Under the pieces are notes generated by a model. It did no database searches. It was given only the letters and a program-made list of their open reading frames with translations, and had not been told where the DNA came from. DNA of 64,000 bases from Spirochaetota bacterium (GTDB lineage Bacteria; Spirochaetota; UBA4802; JAFGDQ01), in the NCBI GenBank assembly GCA_043803405.1, contig JAZDKB010000010.1, positions 1 through 64,000 of the forward strand, read 5' to 3'. A program made the position numbers and the translations under genes. Below are positions 47,884 through 58,739 of this stretch, piece after piece (the stretch's first letter is position 1; the number at the start of each line of letters is the position of its first letter).

Positions 47884-49206
47884 CTAATTATTGCTCTGAA
47901 TGGTTTCCTGGGCAGTCTTTATCAGACTGCTGATTGGCCTTTTCGCAGGGCACACAAATGAACACGAACCGCATTTTATGCAGTCGAAAATATTTTGCTT
48001 CTCAAGTAAATCAAATCTGGATTTGAGTGCGGCCTGCCCAAGATCGCCCGGAACAAGCCGGGACGGGCATGCCGCTGTGCAACGTCCGCACCTAATACAT
48101 GGTCCATAGCTTTCCCTATGGACTTCCGCTTTTGAAAGAAATACGATACCTGTTGTCCCTTTTAATACAGGCATATCATAGCCAGATACTGAAAAACCGC
48201 GCATCGGCCCGCCCATAATTATTTTTGCAGGCTCTTCTTTACAGCCTCCGCATTCTTCGATTATATCGCAAATTCTCGTACCTATTCTGAGTTTATAATT
48301 TCCGGGTTTATTGATAATTTTCCCGGTTACGGTTACAAACCTCTCGAAAAGAGGTTTACCGAATACACAAGCATCTCTTATCGCAAAAACAGTTGCTGCA
48401 TTAAGCACAACAATTCCGCTGTCTGCAGGTTGTTTACCGGAAGGAATTTCCATTTTAAGTATGCTGCTAATAAGCTGTCTTTCAGAACCCTGAGGATATT
48501 TTGTTTTTAAAAGAACAATCTTAATGTTTTCTTTTGCAGAATTTTTATCCAGAATATCTTTCAATGCCTGAACAGCTTCCGGTTTGTTGTTTTCTATCCC
48601 GAAAAAAGCATTATTAATGCCAAGAATTTTTAAAACAATTTTAATACCTTCTATAATCTCTTCAGGATAAACTTTTATCAACATTTCATCCGCTGTGAGA
48701 TAAGGCTCCGATTCAGCTCCATTGATTAATAAATATTCTGTTTTTTTACTTTTATGCGAAGATAATTTAACGCTAGTCGGGAATGCTTCACCGCCCATGC
48801 CTACTATTCCAGCTTCTCTGATTCTTTCGATTAAAGATTCTTTTTTTAAATCCTGCCATGCAGTCTTTTCGCGTTTTTTACCGGATGTATTAAACCTGCC
48901 ATCGGATTCAATCATTATGCATTTGCATTTCCCCTGAGAAAAAATCTGCTGTTCTGTAATAGAAATAACTTTCCCAGGTACGGACGAATGAACATTAGCG
49001 CTTAATAGTCCGTCAGCTTTTCCGATTAATTGTCCTTCCTGAATTAAATCACCGACATTTACTATAGGATAAGCCGGATTTCCGATATGCTGTTTAAGTG
49101 GTATATTGCAGATATGAGGAACAGATAAGTTGGAAAAACCCTTCCCGGAGGTAATTTTTTTCTCCGGAAAAGGATGAATTCCTCCCTTGAAAGTGTTTAA
49201 TAACAT
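47884..49206 (-). CDS. rnfC: RnfC/RsxC electron transport subunit
   Basis: FKGGIHP, GMGGEAFPT, YPQGSE, GGPMRG, CIRCGRC..CP and CIKCGSC..CP. Confidence 0.92.
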   Translation of the reverse strand: MLLNTFKGGIHPFPEKKITSGKGFSNLSVPHICNIPLKQHIGNPAYPIVNVGDLIQEGQLIGKADGLLSANVHSSVPGKVISITEQQIFSQGKCKCIMIESDGRFNTSGKKREKTAWQDLKKESLIERIREAGIVGMGGEAFPTSVKLSSHKSKKTEYLLINGAESEPYLTADEMLIKVYPEEIIEGIKIVLKILGINNAFFGIENNKPEAVQALKDILDKNSAKENIKIVLLKTKYPQGSERQLISSILKMEIPSGKQPADSGIVVLNAATVFAIRDACVFGKPLFERFVTVTGKIINKPGNYKLRIGTRICDIIEECGGCKEEPAKIIMGGPMRGFSVSGYDMPVLKGTTGIVFLSKAEVHRESYGPCIRCGRCTAACPSRLVPGDLGQAALKSRFDLLEKQNIFDCIKCGSCSFVCPAKRPISSLIKTAQETIQSNN

Positions 49207-49218
49207 CGAGGGCCTCTT

Positions 49219-49497
49219 TTAAGCCTTCGTTGAATATATTTCGTCCTTTATAGGTAATTCTTTTCTAAGGTTCTTGATGTATGGAAAAAGTTCGCCGTTT
49301 TCCACATAATATTCGCAATCGTCCATTATTCTTCTTGCAACCGTAAAGTATTTATAAAACTTCTCTTCGCCCGATCTCTTTACCCACTGTTTTTTTGTAC
49401 ATTTTACTCTGAGTACATATCTTTCAGGTTCAGATTCATATTGTCTTATAAGTATACAGTTTGCGCAATTGGCACAGAATATCTTTTCCATTACCAT
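49219..49497 (-). CDS. Small Cys-rich hypothetical protein
   Basis: 92 aa with CANCANC, KC and DCEYY; SD GGAG; co-oriented with rnfC. Confidence 0.7.
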   Translation of the reverse strand: MVMEKIFCANCANCILIRQYESEPERYVLRVKCTKKQWVKRSGEEKFYKYFTVARRIMDDCEYYVENGELFPYIKNLRKELPIKDEIYSTKA

Positions 49498-49636
49498 TTA
49501 TTACTCCTGGCAAAATATTAATAAAAATTAAAAATAAAACCATTACAAGAAAATTATTCCCGGTTTTTCCGGAAATTGCTATTATTAAAGATGCACAAGT
49601 TTATGTCAACAACTTAGCAATTGCGTCAAGTTTTTT

Positions 49637-51106
49637 TTATTTATTGCCGCCCTTTTTAAGAGAAGTCAGATTATTTAAAGTTCTGTAAACAAGATCATAA
49701 GAATTCGATGCGTTCCAGAAAAGATAGCCCTGAGCTCCGGCATCCCTGCAAGCGGCAATCTGCTTAATTATATAATTCTCATTGTAACTTGATGCCGGCA
49801 CTCTCCATCCGAAAGCCTGCAGCCATGGCCTCACAGGTTTCCCGTTTGCCAGCAATTTAGTTCTTCTGGTCCCTTCCAGAATAAAATGATACGGTTCATC
49901 GCCCGGTTTTGCAAATCCGTCAAAATCGTCGTCAAAATGAGAGGGATATAACATAGGAGAAATAACATCGCAATATCTGGAAAGCGCCTCCACTCTCTGC
50001 CCTGTTTTTTCAATATCTATTTCTTTTCCCCAGGACACTACGCCGAATATATCAACCGAAAACAAAGTATTTCTTTTTGATATTTCGCCGTATGCCTTTT
50101 GCAAAAAAAGAGTTATAACTGATTCTTTAGACATTTTGCCGTAATGATAGGCGTAATCCGCATCCCGTAAATCGCCTTTTGTCGGGAACCTGATATAATC
50201 GAACTGAATCTCATCAACCCCTTTTTCCGCAAGCTCAACCGCAATATCAATATTATATTCCTGAACATATTTATTTGACGGATCGCACCATATTTCCTTT
50301 GCACCCAAATTCCATATCCGGCCGGTTCTTTTTGATTTAATGGCAAAATTCGCATTTTTTAGACAAAGCAGGTGGTCTCTGAATACGGCTATTCTTGCAA
50401 TCGTATAAATTCCCTGCTCTTTTAAAGCCCTGATCATTTTGCCGATATTATCAATTGCTCTTTTTTCATGAGTATTATATTTCAGGACATTGGCCACATT
50501 ACTGTAATAATTTACTTCACCTGTTACATCCTTTGCGTCAAAAACGATTGTATTGATCCCTATATCCCTGAGTTTCGGAAGCAAATTCAAAAAGTTTTCG
50601 CTTCCTGCGGAAGTGCCTGTAAAATACAAACCTCTTGTGTAAGTTAAATCGGATCTTTTAAAATTCTTTAATCCGGATATTATCGAGGGAATTGAATCCG
50701 GAATATATAACAGCATATCATTTTTTACAATATCCTGTTTTAGACCGTTATACTCCATGAGCGCATTACGGAGCCTGTTTATTCTATAAAAATTAGTATA
50801 CCCAATGGACAGCTTTGCAGCATCCTTTACCGTGCTGCCTTTTTTTACCTTTAAAAATAACGCGTTGCCGAAATGAATAAAGTCTTTTTGCAGATTTTTA
50901 TACGGTTTGACGAACCTGGCGCCGGATACATTTATTATCCTGAAATTATTTTTATCATCCTGGACATTATTATCACCATAAAAATATTTTCTTATATCAT
51001 TGATAAAATAATTTATTCCATTGAAATTATTGCTTGAATAAATTAAAATTACAATAAAAACATAAGCAAACAATAAAATATAAATATTTCTTTTTGATAA
51101 ATACAT
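49637..51106 (-). CDS. Putative glycoside hydrolase (DUF4015-like TIM barrel), membrane-anchored
   Basis: VFDAKD, ARIAVFRD, DEIQFDYIRFP, PMLYPSH, RPWLQAF, WNA. Confidence 0.8.
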   Translation of the reverse strand: MYLSKRNIYILLFAYVFIVILIYSSNNFNGINYFINDIRKYFYGDNNVQDDKNNFRIINVSGARFVKPYKNLQKDFIHFGNALFLKVKKGSTVKDAAKLSIGYTNFYRINRLRNALMEYNGLKQDIVKNDMLLYIPDSIPSIISGLKNFKRSDLTYTRGLYFTGTSAGSENFLNLLPKLRDIGINTIVFDAKDVTGEVNYYSNVANVLKYNTHEKRAIDNIGKMIRALKEQGIYTIARIAVFRDHLLCLKNANFAIKSKRTGRIWNLGAKEIWCDPSNKYVQEYNIDIAVELAEKGVDEIQFDYIRFPTKGDLRDADYAYHYGKMSKESVITLFLQKAYGEISKRNTLFSVDIFGVVSWGKEIDIEKTGQRVEALSRYCDVISPMLYPSHFDDDFDGFAKPGDEPYHFILEGTRRTKLLANGKPVRPWLQAFGWRVPASSYNENYIIKQIAACRDAGAQGYLFWNASNSYDLVYRTLNNLTSLKKGGNK

Positions 51107-51231
51107 AAGCTGTTATAATATCAGGAGCAAATTACCGTTTGCCTGTTTTTCTCTGGCAGAAATTTGATGATAGACCTAATTAGAAGAAAGGCACTATAAA
51201 ATCAACTTAAAAAACTGCCGTTTTCCGGAGT

Positions 51232-52005
51232 ATGGTTTTGATAAAAAATAAATTATTAAGCTATTGGAAAGGAATAAAAAATTTTTATCAGTATTTTGTT
51301 TCATTAATAATTTCATTTAAATCCATAAAGCATCTTCGCTTTCGTTCCATTTTTGCGATAGCTGTAAATCAGACGAAATTCACCGGCATTGACGCCATGC
51401 CTCTTGTCGCTTCTATAGCAGCTCTTATAGGAGGAACGGTAATAATTCAGGCAACGCAGAATTTTCCTAAATTCGGCATTGAAGGATTCATTGGCAACCT
51501 TCTTGTACTGATTATTGCCAGGGAGATAGGGCCGCTTGTAACGGCCATTATTGTAATCACAAGATCAGGTTCAGCCATTACAGCGGAAATTGCAACCCAG
51601 AAACAGCATAAGGAAATCCTTTCCCTTGAGCTTATGGGAATAGACACAAAGCTTTACATTGTGCTGCCGAGGATCATTGCTTCTACTTTCTCCATCTTTT
51701 CACTGATTATTATTTTTGATATTGTCGGGTTCCTGGGCGGATATATCATTTCCATGACAACGGTTTATATACCTCTGGACAACTTCATGAGAACAGTTAT
51801 GGAAGCATTTACTTTTGAAGATCTTATTATTACTTTAGTAAAAAGTATAATGTACGGCGTTCTTATTCCATTAATATCCTGCTATTACGGTTTTCTGCCA
51901 AATGCTTACTTTGAGATCCCGATTTATGTCAGCAGCGCGGTTGTGCGCACCGTATGGATAATATTTGTAATAAACGCACTTATCTCTGCTGTTTTTTATT
52001 TTTAA
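51232..52005 (+). CDS. MlaE-family ABC permease
   Basis: REIGPLVTAIIVITRSGSAITAEI, LMGID...PR. Confidence 0.88.
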   Translation: MVLIKNKLLSYWKGIKNFYQYFVSLIISFKSIKHLRFRSIFAIAVNQTKFTGIDAMPLVASIAALIGGTVIIQATQNFPKFGIEGFIGNLLVLIIAREIGPLVTAIIVITRSGSAITAEIATQKQHKEILSLELMGIDTKLYIVLPRIIASTFSIFSLIIIFDIVGFLGGYIISMTTVYIPLDNFMRTVMEAFTFEDLIITLVKSIMYGVLIPLISCYYGFLPNAYFEIPIYVSSAVVRTVWIIFVINALISAVFYF

Positions 52006-52025
52006 AATGATAAGGATTACTAAAG

Positions 52026-52787
52026 TTGGAAGAAACTGAATTACTAAAGATCGAAAATCTTACATACAAATCCGATAAAAATGATCTGCTTATCGATATT
52101 TCTTTTTCTGTAAAGAAAGGCGAAAATGTAGTTATATTCGGACCTGAAGATTCAGGTATTGAAATAATATGCCCCATGATTGCGGGTTTAATCAGCGGGT
52201 ATCAGGGGGATATCTTTTTCAAAGGCAAATCCATAAAATCTCTTAATTATATTGAAACGCACGATTACAGAAAAGAAATGGGATACCTTCAGAGGGATTA
52301 CGGCCTCATAAGCAATATGTCCGTATTTGAAAACATCTCTTTGCCGTTAAAATATCACTCAAAACTTTCAAGCATCGAAATTGAAGAACTTGTAAATAAT
52401 AAAATAAAGGCCATGAACCTTGAACATTGCAAAAATCAAAGGCCGGTAAATCTAAAGAGATCTGAAAAACTTAAAACGGCTTTTTTAAGATCAATAGTAC
52501 TGTCCCCGGATCTTTTACTGCTTGAACATTCAGTAGAAAGTCAATGCGTATTCAATATTCAGTCTTTTTTCAATGCGTTAAATGTAGAATCATTGACAGG
52601 AACAAAGTCATTTATATTTGTAACTTACGATCCTAAATTATTTGTCAACCTGGCAAACAAATTCATTATGCTATATAAAGGAAATATTGTTTTTTCTGGT
52701 TCACGCGCGGAATTTGCTTCTGCGGATACTCAATATTTACAGCAATATTTATATGCTTTATCGGACGGCCCTATGATATTGTTATAG
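52026..52787 (+). CDS. MlaF-like ABC ATPase with degenerate catalytic motifs
   Basis: ABC fold (SVFENISLPL) but Walker A GPEDSGIE, signature LKRSE, Walker B LLLEHS, H-loop VTYD. Confidence 0.75.
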   Translation: MEETELLKIENLTYKSDKNDLLIDISFSVKKGENVVIFGPEDSGIEIICPMIAGLISGYQGDIFFKGKSIKSLNYIETHDYRKEMGYLQRDYGLISNMSVFENISLPLKYHSKLSSIEIEELVNNKIKAMNLEHCKNQRPVNLKRSEKLKTAFLRSIVLSPDLLLLEHSVESQCVFNIQSFFNALNVESLTGTKSFIFVTYDPKLFVNLANKFIMLYKGNIVFSGSRAEFASADTQYLQQYLYALSDGPMILL

Positions 52788-52796
52788 AGGCAATAA

Positions 52797-52988
52797 CTAA
52801 TCTATCTTTTCTCTTTTAAGCTCATCCCTGACTGCTTTAAGAAAAAGAGAATCATTATAGCCCTTAAGCATTTGGTTTTTTCCTTTTACAACCTTTTTAT
52901 ATTTCTCGTAAAGATCGCGATTAATTTCAATCTTCAAAACTGCTATTTTATTCTTTTTGTCTTGCACTAAATATACCCCAAAACTCAA
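52797..52988 (-). CDS. Small hypothetical ORF or gene remnant
   Basis: 63 aa, TTG start, no clear SD; fills the gap between mla genes. Confidence 0.3.
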   Translation of the reverse strand: MSFGVYLVQDKKNKIAVLKIEINRDLYEKYKKVVKGKNQMLKGYNDSLFLKAVRDELKREKID

Positions 52989-53278
52989 AATTTGAGGATA
53001 AATTATTAAAACATCGCTTTTTTGTCGACAATAAAATATCTAAATATTAAATTATATCTTTAAAATAATTTATTGATGTTAATTTCATTCTATATTTATT
53101 TATTTATGTTTGCTAATTCATTATAATCTGAAAATAAAATAAAATTGATCTTTTTTTTAAAATAGACTATCTTTATATTATTAAACTCAATATTACTTTA
53201 TTAAAAAAATTTTTCCCGTCATTTCAGGAGCTTGCATATTAGTACCGTTTTGGCAGGTTCTTAACAGGTGAATCGTAT

Positions 53279-53974
53279 ATGAAACTAAGCAAGAACGAGA
53301 TCAGGGTAGGTTTATTTATTCTAGTCCCTATAATAATAATTTTTTTATTTTTAACACTGAAACTCGGATTTTCATTAGCTAGTACCACCATAGATGTATA
53401 TCTGAAAGTTGATAATATTAAATCGATTAAAAAAGGTACAATTGTAAAAATCAAAGGCTACGATATAGGAAGAGTTATTGAAATTAAACCGGTATACCAG
53501 CCGGCCCTTCATTTCCTGGCAATAATGAGGATTAAAACCGAAATAGACATTTTTGAAGATTGTTCAGCAATAATACAAAATCAAAATATAATAGGTGAGC
53601 CGGAGATTGAAATCAGAAATCCTGAAATAAAGGGCGACCTAATTGCAAAAGCTTCGGTAATTGAAGGAATAGAATACGTTAATCTGGATACTATAGTGAG
53701 TGATGTTCATACATTGCTTACCAATCTAAGCAATACAGTCGATGTCTTTAAGGGAATATCTTTAGACAGTAAAAATAACATAAAACTGCTCATTACAAAT
53801 CTTACGGGCAGCGTTACAACTCTAAATCAGATCCTGAACGACTCACAAAAAGATATTGGCTCAATGCTTACATCATTCCGCAAAACTGCATCAACTCTCG
53901 ATGAAATATCCCAGGAGTTAAAAAAGCATCCGGTGAATTTTTTGTTTAAAGGCAAAAAAGACGAGAAAAATTAA
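53279..53974 (+). CDS. MlaD/MCE-family protein
   Basis: RVGLF TM, VKIKGYDIGRV, IIGE, helical C-terminus ending HPVNFLF. Confidence 0.85.
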   Translation: MKLSKNEIRVGLFILVPIIIIFLFLTLKLGFSLASTTIDVYLKVDNIKSIKKGTIVKIKGYDIGRVIEIKPVYQPALHFLAIMRIKTEIDIFEDCSAIIQNQNIIGEPEIEIRNPEIKGDLIAKASVIEGIEYVNLDTIVSDVHTLLTNLSNTVDVFKGISLDSKNNIKLLITNLTGSVTTLNQILNDSQKDIGSMLTSFRKTASTLDEISQELKKHPVNFLFKGKKDEKN

Positions 53975-53985
53975 AGTATTAATGT

Positions 53986-55062
53986 TTATTTATCCGCCTT
54001 ATAAAAACTGTAGCAGAACAAACCTTGCGAACCTCTAATAATAAAAATATTTTTTATTATTCTGGAATCAATAAAAGTTTCATTAGAAAATTTTTTTTGA
54101 TAAAGAATGCCGTTATTTAAAAAAATGAAAAAATGTGCCTTGCCGTCAACGTCCATGTATCCTGCCGAATAAACACCATCGCTGCAGCTAATGGAACTTA
54201 AACCCGGATTGCTTGCGGGTATTTTAATTATACTCTCAACTTCATCCTCTTCGCCTATTATTATTCTGTCATAATCAATAGCTGCAATTTCCCCGTTATC
54301 ATTTATATTCAAAGCAGTCCTTGTAAGATGCACATGTTTTAAAGGCAAATCATACGACTTATCCCGCGAAGCATCAATCGATTTCAAAAAATCCCCTTTA
54401 CTGCTGCCATAATGGACAAGTGAGTATCTCCCATTTGGACTTATCGCGATATTTTTCACAATTGCTTTATCCGCAACAATACCTCCGGTTATAAGGTCTC
54501 CTCTATCATTTAAAATATAATAATTCCCGTCCATAAAACCGACGCCGGCATAATCGGAATTCTGCTGTAGTGCAATAACTGTGCATAGTGTGCCGGAAAT
54601 TTCCTTTATACCTGCCGGATTTCCGTCAATGTCTATTATTCTGATCTTTGTATGATCGCCGTTCATTAGCAGGACAAGTTTCCCGCCCGAAGTTATATAG
54701 GGATATTCCATGGATTTAATGCGCCAGAATCTGTCCCCGGACGGATTAAAAAGTTCAGCATGATCGCCGATTTTATCATATTGCACATAATAACTGCCGT
54801 TACTGCAAACAGATGCCAGGCGGTTATCAAAGTTAATCTTTTTTAAAAATTTTCCATTTGCTGAAACCAGAAAGATGTCGGACCTGACAACCAGGGGAAA
54901 TTCAGCTTTTGGCATTAGAGGATTTCTGGATTCTTCAATACTTCGGACAGATTCAATGCTGCCGTGCCATTCCGGAAATATTTCAATCGCTCCGGCTGGT
55001 CCCCAGATTGGGGCAAAGCTTAGAAGTATCCCGGCTAAAAGTCCCAAGAGTATATAGAGCAT
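53986..55062 (-). CDS. Hypothetical exported beta-propeller-like protein
   Basis: N-terminal hydrophobic segment; repeats such as NPSGD, DIDGN, ISPNGR. Confidence 0.6.
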   Translation of the reverse strand: MLYILLGLLAGILLSFAPIWGPAGAIEIFPEWHGSIESVRSIEESRNPLMPKAEFPLVVRSDIFLVSANGKFLKKINFDNRLASVCSNGSYYVQYDKIGDHAELFNPSGDRFWRIKSMEYPYITSGGKLVLLMNGDHTKIRIIDIDGNPAGIKEISGTLCTVIALQQNSDYAGVGFMDGNYYILNDRGDLITGGIVADKAIVKNIAISPNGRYSLVHYGSSKGDFLKSIDASRDKSYDLPLKHVHLTRTALNINDNGEIAAIDYDRIIIGEEDEVESIIKIPASNPGLSSISCSDGVYSAGYMDVDGKAHFFIFLNNGILYQKKFSNETFIDSRIIKNIFIIRGSQGLFCYSFYKADK

Positions 55063-55064
55063 AT

Positions 55065-56129
55065 TTATTTCCCGAAAAATGTTTTTAACTGCTGGATTCT
55101 GGAAGGATGACGGAGTCGCCTGATCGCTTTTTTCTCAATCTGTCTTATCCTTTCTTTGGATAATTTAAACTGATCGCCTATCTGCTGGAGGGACATGGGT
55201 TTTTTGCCGTTAAGACCGAAACGCATTTTTAAAATATCCCTTTCGGATTCCGTCAGAGTTTCAAGAACAGCATTCAATGCTTCTTTTAATGACTCATCCA
55301 GAACCTTTTTGTCCGGTGATTCTGTTCCGAAATCCTCCATTGTTGAAAGTACAGACATTTCTTCGGAATCGCCCAGAGAAGAGTCGAGCGAAACGTATTC
55401 CTGGCTAATGCTTCTTAGATAATTCACCTCATCATCGTCCATATCAAGTTCAGCGGATATTTCCGCAGCAGTAGGTTCGCGACCAAGCTGGTTTTCGAGT
55501 TTGCGGTGAACTTTCTCAATCTTTTGAATATCGACAGTTCTGTTTACCGGAAGCCGTATAAGCGATGTCTTTTGTGATATAGCAAGAATAATAGCCTGTC
55601 TTATCCACCAGATTGCATACGAAATAAAATGATACCCTCTGTCCGGATCAAATTTTTCCGCAGCCTTAATAAGACCCATATTCCCTTCATTTATCAGGTC
55701 GAGAAGCGATATCCCGCTGGTCTGGTATTTTTTTGCGATTGTAACTACAAATCTCAGGTTAGCCTTGATAAGGTCATCCTTGGCTTTTTCATCACCAGCC
55801 TGAGCGGCCTTGGCAAGTTTATTCTCTTCTTCCCTGCTCAACAAGGGTATTTTATTAATTTGTTCCAGATACCACGATATTGAAGAATCCCTGAAGGTTG
55901 CTTTACTTTTTTTATTCGTCTTTCTTTTTGCATCAGGATGTTCAAGATCGGCGTCTATTTCATCGTTTTCCAGATCTTCCTGATCAAAATCAATATCATC
56001 CTCATCAATATCCGGATCTTTTTCATCGTCTTCGTATAATAGCTCAGTTGCGAGCTTTGCGCTTTCATCCGGGCTGGAAATTGATTTTGAATTCCTGGTC
56101 TTTAACGCCTTTTTCGGTTTTCGTGCCAT
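55065..56129 (-). CDS. Sigma-70 family RNA polymerase sigma factor (RpoD/SigA-like, short acidic N-terminus)
   Basis: ANLRFVV, DLINEGNMGL, SYAIWWIRQAI, SKERIRQIE. Confidence 0.93.
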   Translation of the reverse strand: MARKPKKALKTRNSKSISSPDESAKLATELLYEDDEKDPDIDEDDIDFDQEDLENDEIDADLEHPDAKRKTNKKSKATFRDSSISWYLEQINKIPLLSREEENKLAKAAQAGDEKAKDDLIKANLRFVVTIAKKYQTSGISLLDLINEGNMGLIKAAEKFDPDRGYHFISYAIWWIRQAIILAISQKTSLIRLPVNRTVDIQKIEKVHRKLENQLGREPTAAEISAELDMDDDEVNYLRSISQEYVSLDSSLGDSEEMSVLSTMEDFGTESPDKKVLDESLKEALNAVLETLTESERDILKMRFGLNGKKPMSLQQIGDQFKLSKERIRQIEKKAIRRLRHPSRIQQLKTFFGK

Positions 56130-56156
56130 TAGTTTTAATATACCTGATAAAATTAT

Positions 56157-56717
56157 TTATTTCTGAAACAAACTGATATGATGTGCTACATTCCGGAAAA
56201 TAAACAAATCAAGATTTTCCTTCTGATCATCATATATTGTGCTGAACATAAGTCCTATCCCGTATTCATTCTTTTTAATTTTTTCCGACCTGATTACCAT
56301 CGTCAGCGCCTCAATGTCCTTCAACTTTTTATCAACAGATGAAAGATCGATCTTTATCATAATAATACTTGAAATTTCAATATGCTTTTTAGATTTAAAG
56401 TACAATCCTCCCCTGCTGATGTTCTTAATTGTGCCTACAAAATCAATTGCTTTGGCTTCTTCCTCCGACGATTCTATTAATATTTTGGTTATCCTTACAG
56501 GGATTTCTACATCAAGCCTGAAATATTTTCTTTTATTGTCAGAGCATATCTCAGTGTAATATTTTCCGGTCCATTTTTCAAAATTTTTTTCGAACCACTG
56601 GAACATAGCTTCTTCAATCGTTAATTGTTTATTTTTCTTCTTTTTACTTTCATAATATTTATTGATTTCCGTTTTTATACCCTGCGATAGGTCTTTATAT
56701 TTAATAGTATCTTTCAT
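56157..56717 (-). CDS. PilZ domain protein
   Basis: RKYFR (RxxxR) and NISRGG (D/NxSxxG). Confidence 0.85.
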   Translation of the reverse strand: MKDTIKYKDLSQGIKTEINKYYESKKKKNKQLTIEEAMFQWFEKNFEKWTGKYYTEICSDNKRKYFRLDVEIPVRITKILIESSEEEAKAIDFVGTIKNISRGGLYFKSKKHIEISSIIMIKIDLSSVDKKLKDIEALTMVIRSEKIKKNEYGIGLMFSTIYDDQKENLDLFIFRNVAHHISLFQK

Positions 56718-57008
56718 ATTGTTCCTGCATTTTTTTAATTAAATTTTACTAATTTATTAAAATTTAAGGCAATCCCCGCAGCCGGCAGCTGTATGAGTCT
56801 TTAATACTATATTAAATTACCGATTTTAGAAATTAAAAAATATTATTACTTTTTAAATCTTTAAAAACAAAAATGCAATCTTTTTCTTAAAATGATCGAT
56901 ATTAATATTGTAAACTATTTCATAATATTATAGAATTAGTAAAATATTATTGTGTTTACAGCTTACTACAGTATATAAAAATCCGATTAAGGCTAATTTA
57001 TAAAGAAT

Positions 57009-58739
57009 ATGAGATTAAAAGCAATTGTTTTTTCAGCCATAGCGCTCACTTTAATATTCACAGATCATGTATTTTCTTCAGCTGATATAAGCCAGCAAAA
57101 TAAAATAGTTATTTCAATTATTGACAAAGAAAAAAATAATAATAATCTTGATAAGATTAAAGATATTATCAATCAAATAGATTCGGTTTACGGGGATTTG
57201 TACAACAAACTGCAAAATGGTGGCAAAATAGTAATTCATTTTGATCCTGCCCACGGAAGACTGAACAACGGTAAATGGCAGGGGGAATCCACAAACAGGG
57301 TAAGCTCAACAGGAATTACAGAAGAGTTATATTCGATCCCTATTGCCAGGAAACTGTATAACATGCTTAATAATAATAAATATATTAAAATAATTTCCAA
57401 TGACGAATATATGCTCGTTCTAAAAGGAGAAAGCGAAGAATATAAAAAAATATTTTTTTCGGAAACAGTAAAATCCGCAAAAGCTGAAAATGCATTCATG
57501 GTAATTAGCGAACATTTAAATAATATTTCCGTTCTGCAGAAGACAGATGGCATAATAAATATTCCCGGTATTCATGTCACATGCGACGATGCCGGTAACA
57601 GGTATCTTACATTTATTCACAGCTCTTATGACGGTTACCTGACTTTATATAATAAGTATGATATTTCCGGAATGTCGAAAAGCATTGCATATAAAATGAA
57701 AGAATATATTCCTTCAAAAGGCATAAAATTAAACGGCTGGGATTACGGCGCTGTGGCTGATGACCGTTTCAGTTATTTTATTGATTTCCCGGTGTCCGTG
57801 ATTTTTGAGTCAGGATTTATTTCAAATCCTGTTGAGGAAAAAAAACTTAGGGATACTGACTACCAGCAGATTATTGTCGACTGCCAGTACAGGGCTATTC
57901 TTGAAAGCATAGAAAAAATCTTTGGCGTTGATGTATCAGGCTTGTGGCTGAAGGAGGCGAACAAGAACCCGGAAATAGTGGATCTGATTAAATTATCAAG
58001 GATTTCAATTTATTATCTGCAAAATGGTTATCCCGAAAAAGCTGTAAACATAATAAACGAAATTGAAAATAATTACAGCGATTCATATTCCGATTTAATA
58101 GAACCGTATATTATTTTAAAAGACCGTATAATTAAAGCGGAAAAATATTTTAGCAGATGCAAATACCTGCAAAATGCAGGTAAAAACAAAGATGCAAAAA
58201 GAAATTTGCTTAATGCTGTAAGGACAACCGGGAATGAACAGATATTTTTAGGTTTAACCGACAGATATTCCAAATACGCGCGCAGGAACTTCGGGATAAG
58301 GATCATTGACTGGCACGAGAAAGGCTGCTCTGCGAAAATGCCGGTTGCGTACACACCGCATAAAGCATCCTTAGACATGCCGATTATTCTGCCGGTTGAG
58401 AAAGACCAGCTTCTGGAAGATGCAGTAATTAAGGCTCTTTCTCCGAGGCAGGGGGTGTACGCAAAGCTGGTCAAAGCATTTAACGAAGCGCATATCTGGA
58501 AAAAAATTAAAAAAGAAAAATATTCAGAGAAAAAAAAGAGAAATATAGTTTACTGGGAAAGAGAAAGAATTAAATTTACTTTTAAAGAAGGTTTATATCT
58601 TGTTAATCTTAACAGAAATTTTCAAATAACAAGAGTAAAAAAAGTTTCACAGCTATTGCTCGATCCTAACAGATATCAAAATCATCAATATTTAAAGAAT
58701 TCATATTTTGCCGGAACCACAAAAGAAAAATCACTGTAA
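57009..58739 (+). CDS. Exported N-acetylmuramoyl-L-alanine amidase-like (Amidase_3) protein
   Basis: Signal peptide; DPAHG, TEE, ISEHLN, IFESGFISN. Confidence 0.7.
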   Translation: MRLKAIVFSAIALTLIFTDHVFSSADISQQNKIVISIIDKEKNNNNLDKIKDIINQIDSVYGDLYNKLQNGGKIVIHFDPAHGRLNNGKWQGESTNRVSSTGITEELYSIPIARKLYNMLNNNKYIKIISNDEYMLVLKGESEEYKKIFFSETVKSAKAENAFMVISEHLNNISVLQKTDGIINIPGIHVTCDDAGNRYLTFIHSSYDGYLTLYNKYDISGMSKSIAYKMKEYIPSKGIKLNGWDYGAVADDRFSYFIDFPVSVIFESGFISNPVEEKKLRDTDYQQIIVDCQYRAILESIEKIFGVDVSGLWLKEANKNPEIVDLIKLSRISIYYLQNGYPEKAVNIINEIENNYSDSYSDLIEPYIILKDRIIKAEKYFSRCKYLQNAGKNKDAKRNLLNAVRTTGNEQIFLGLTDRYSKYARRNFGIRIIDWHEKGCSAKMPVAYTPHKASLDMPIILPVEKDQLLEDAVIKALSPRQGVYAKLVKAFNEAHIWKKIKKEKYSEKKKRNIVYWERERIKFTFKEGLYLVNLNRNFQITRVKKVSQLLLDPNRYQNHQYLKNSYFAGTTKEKSL

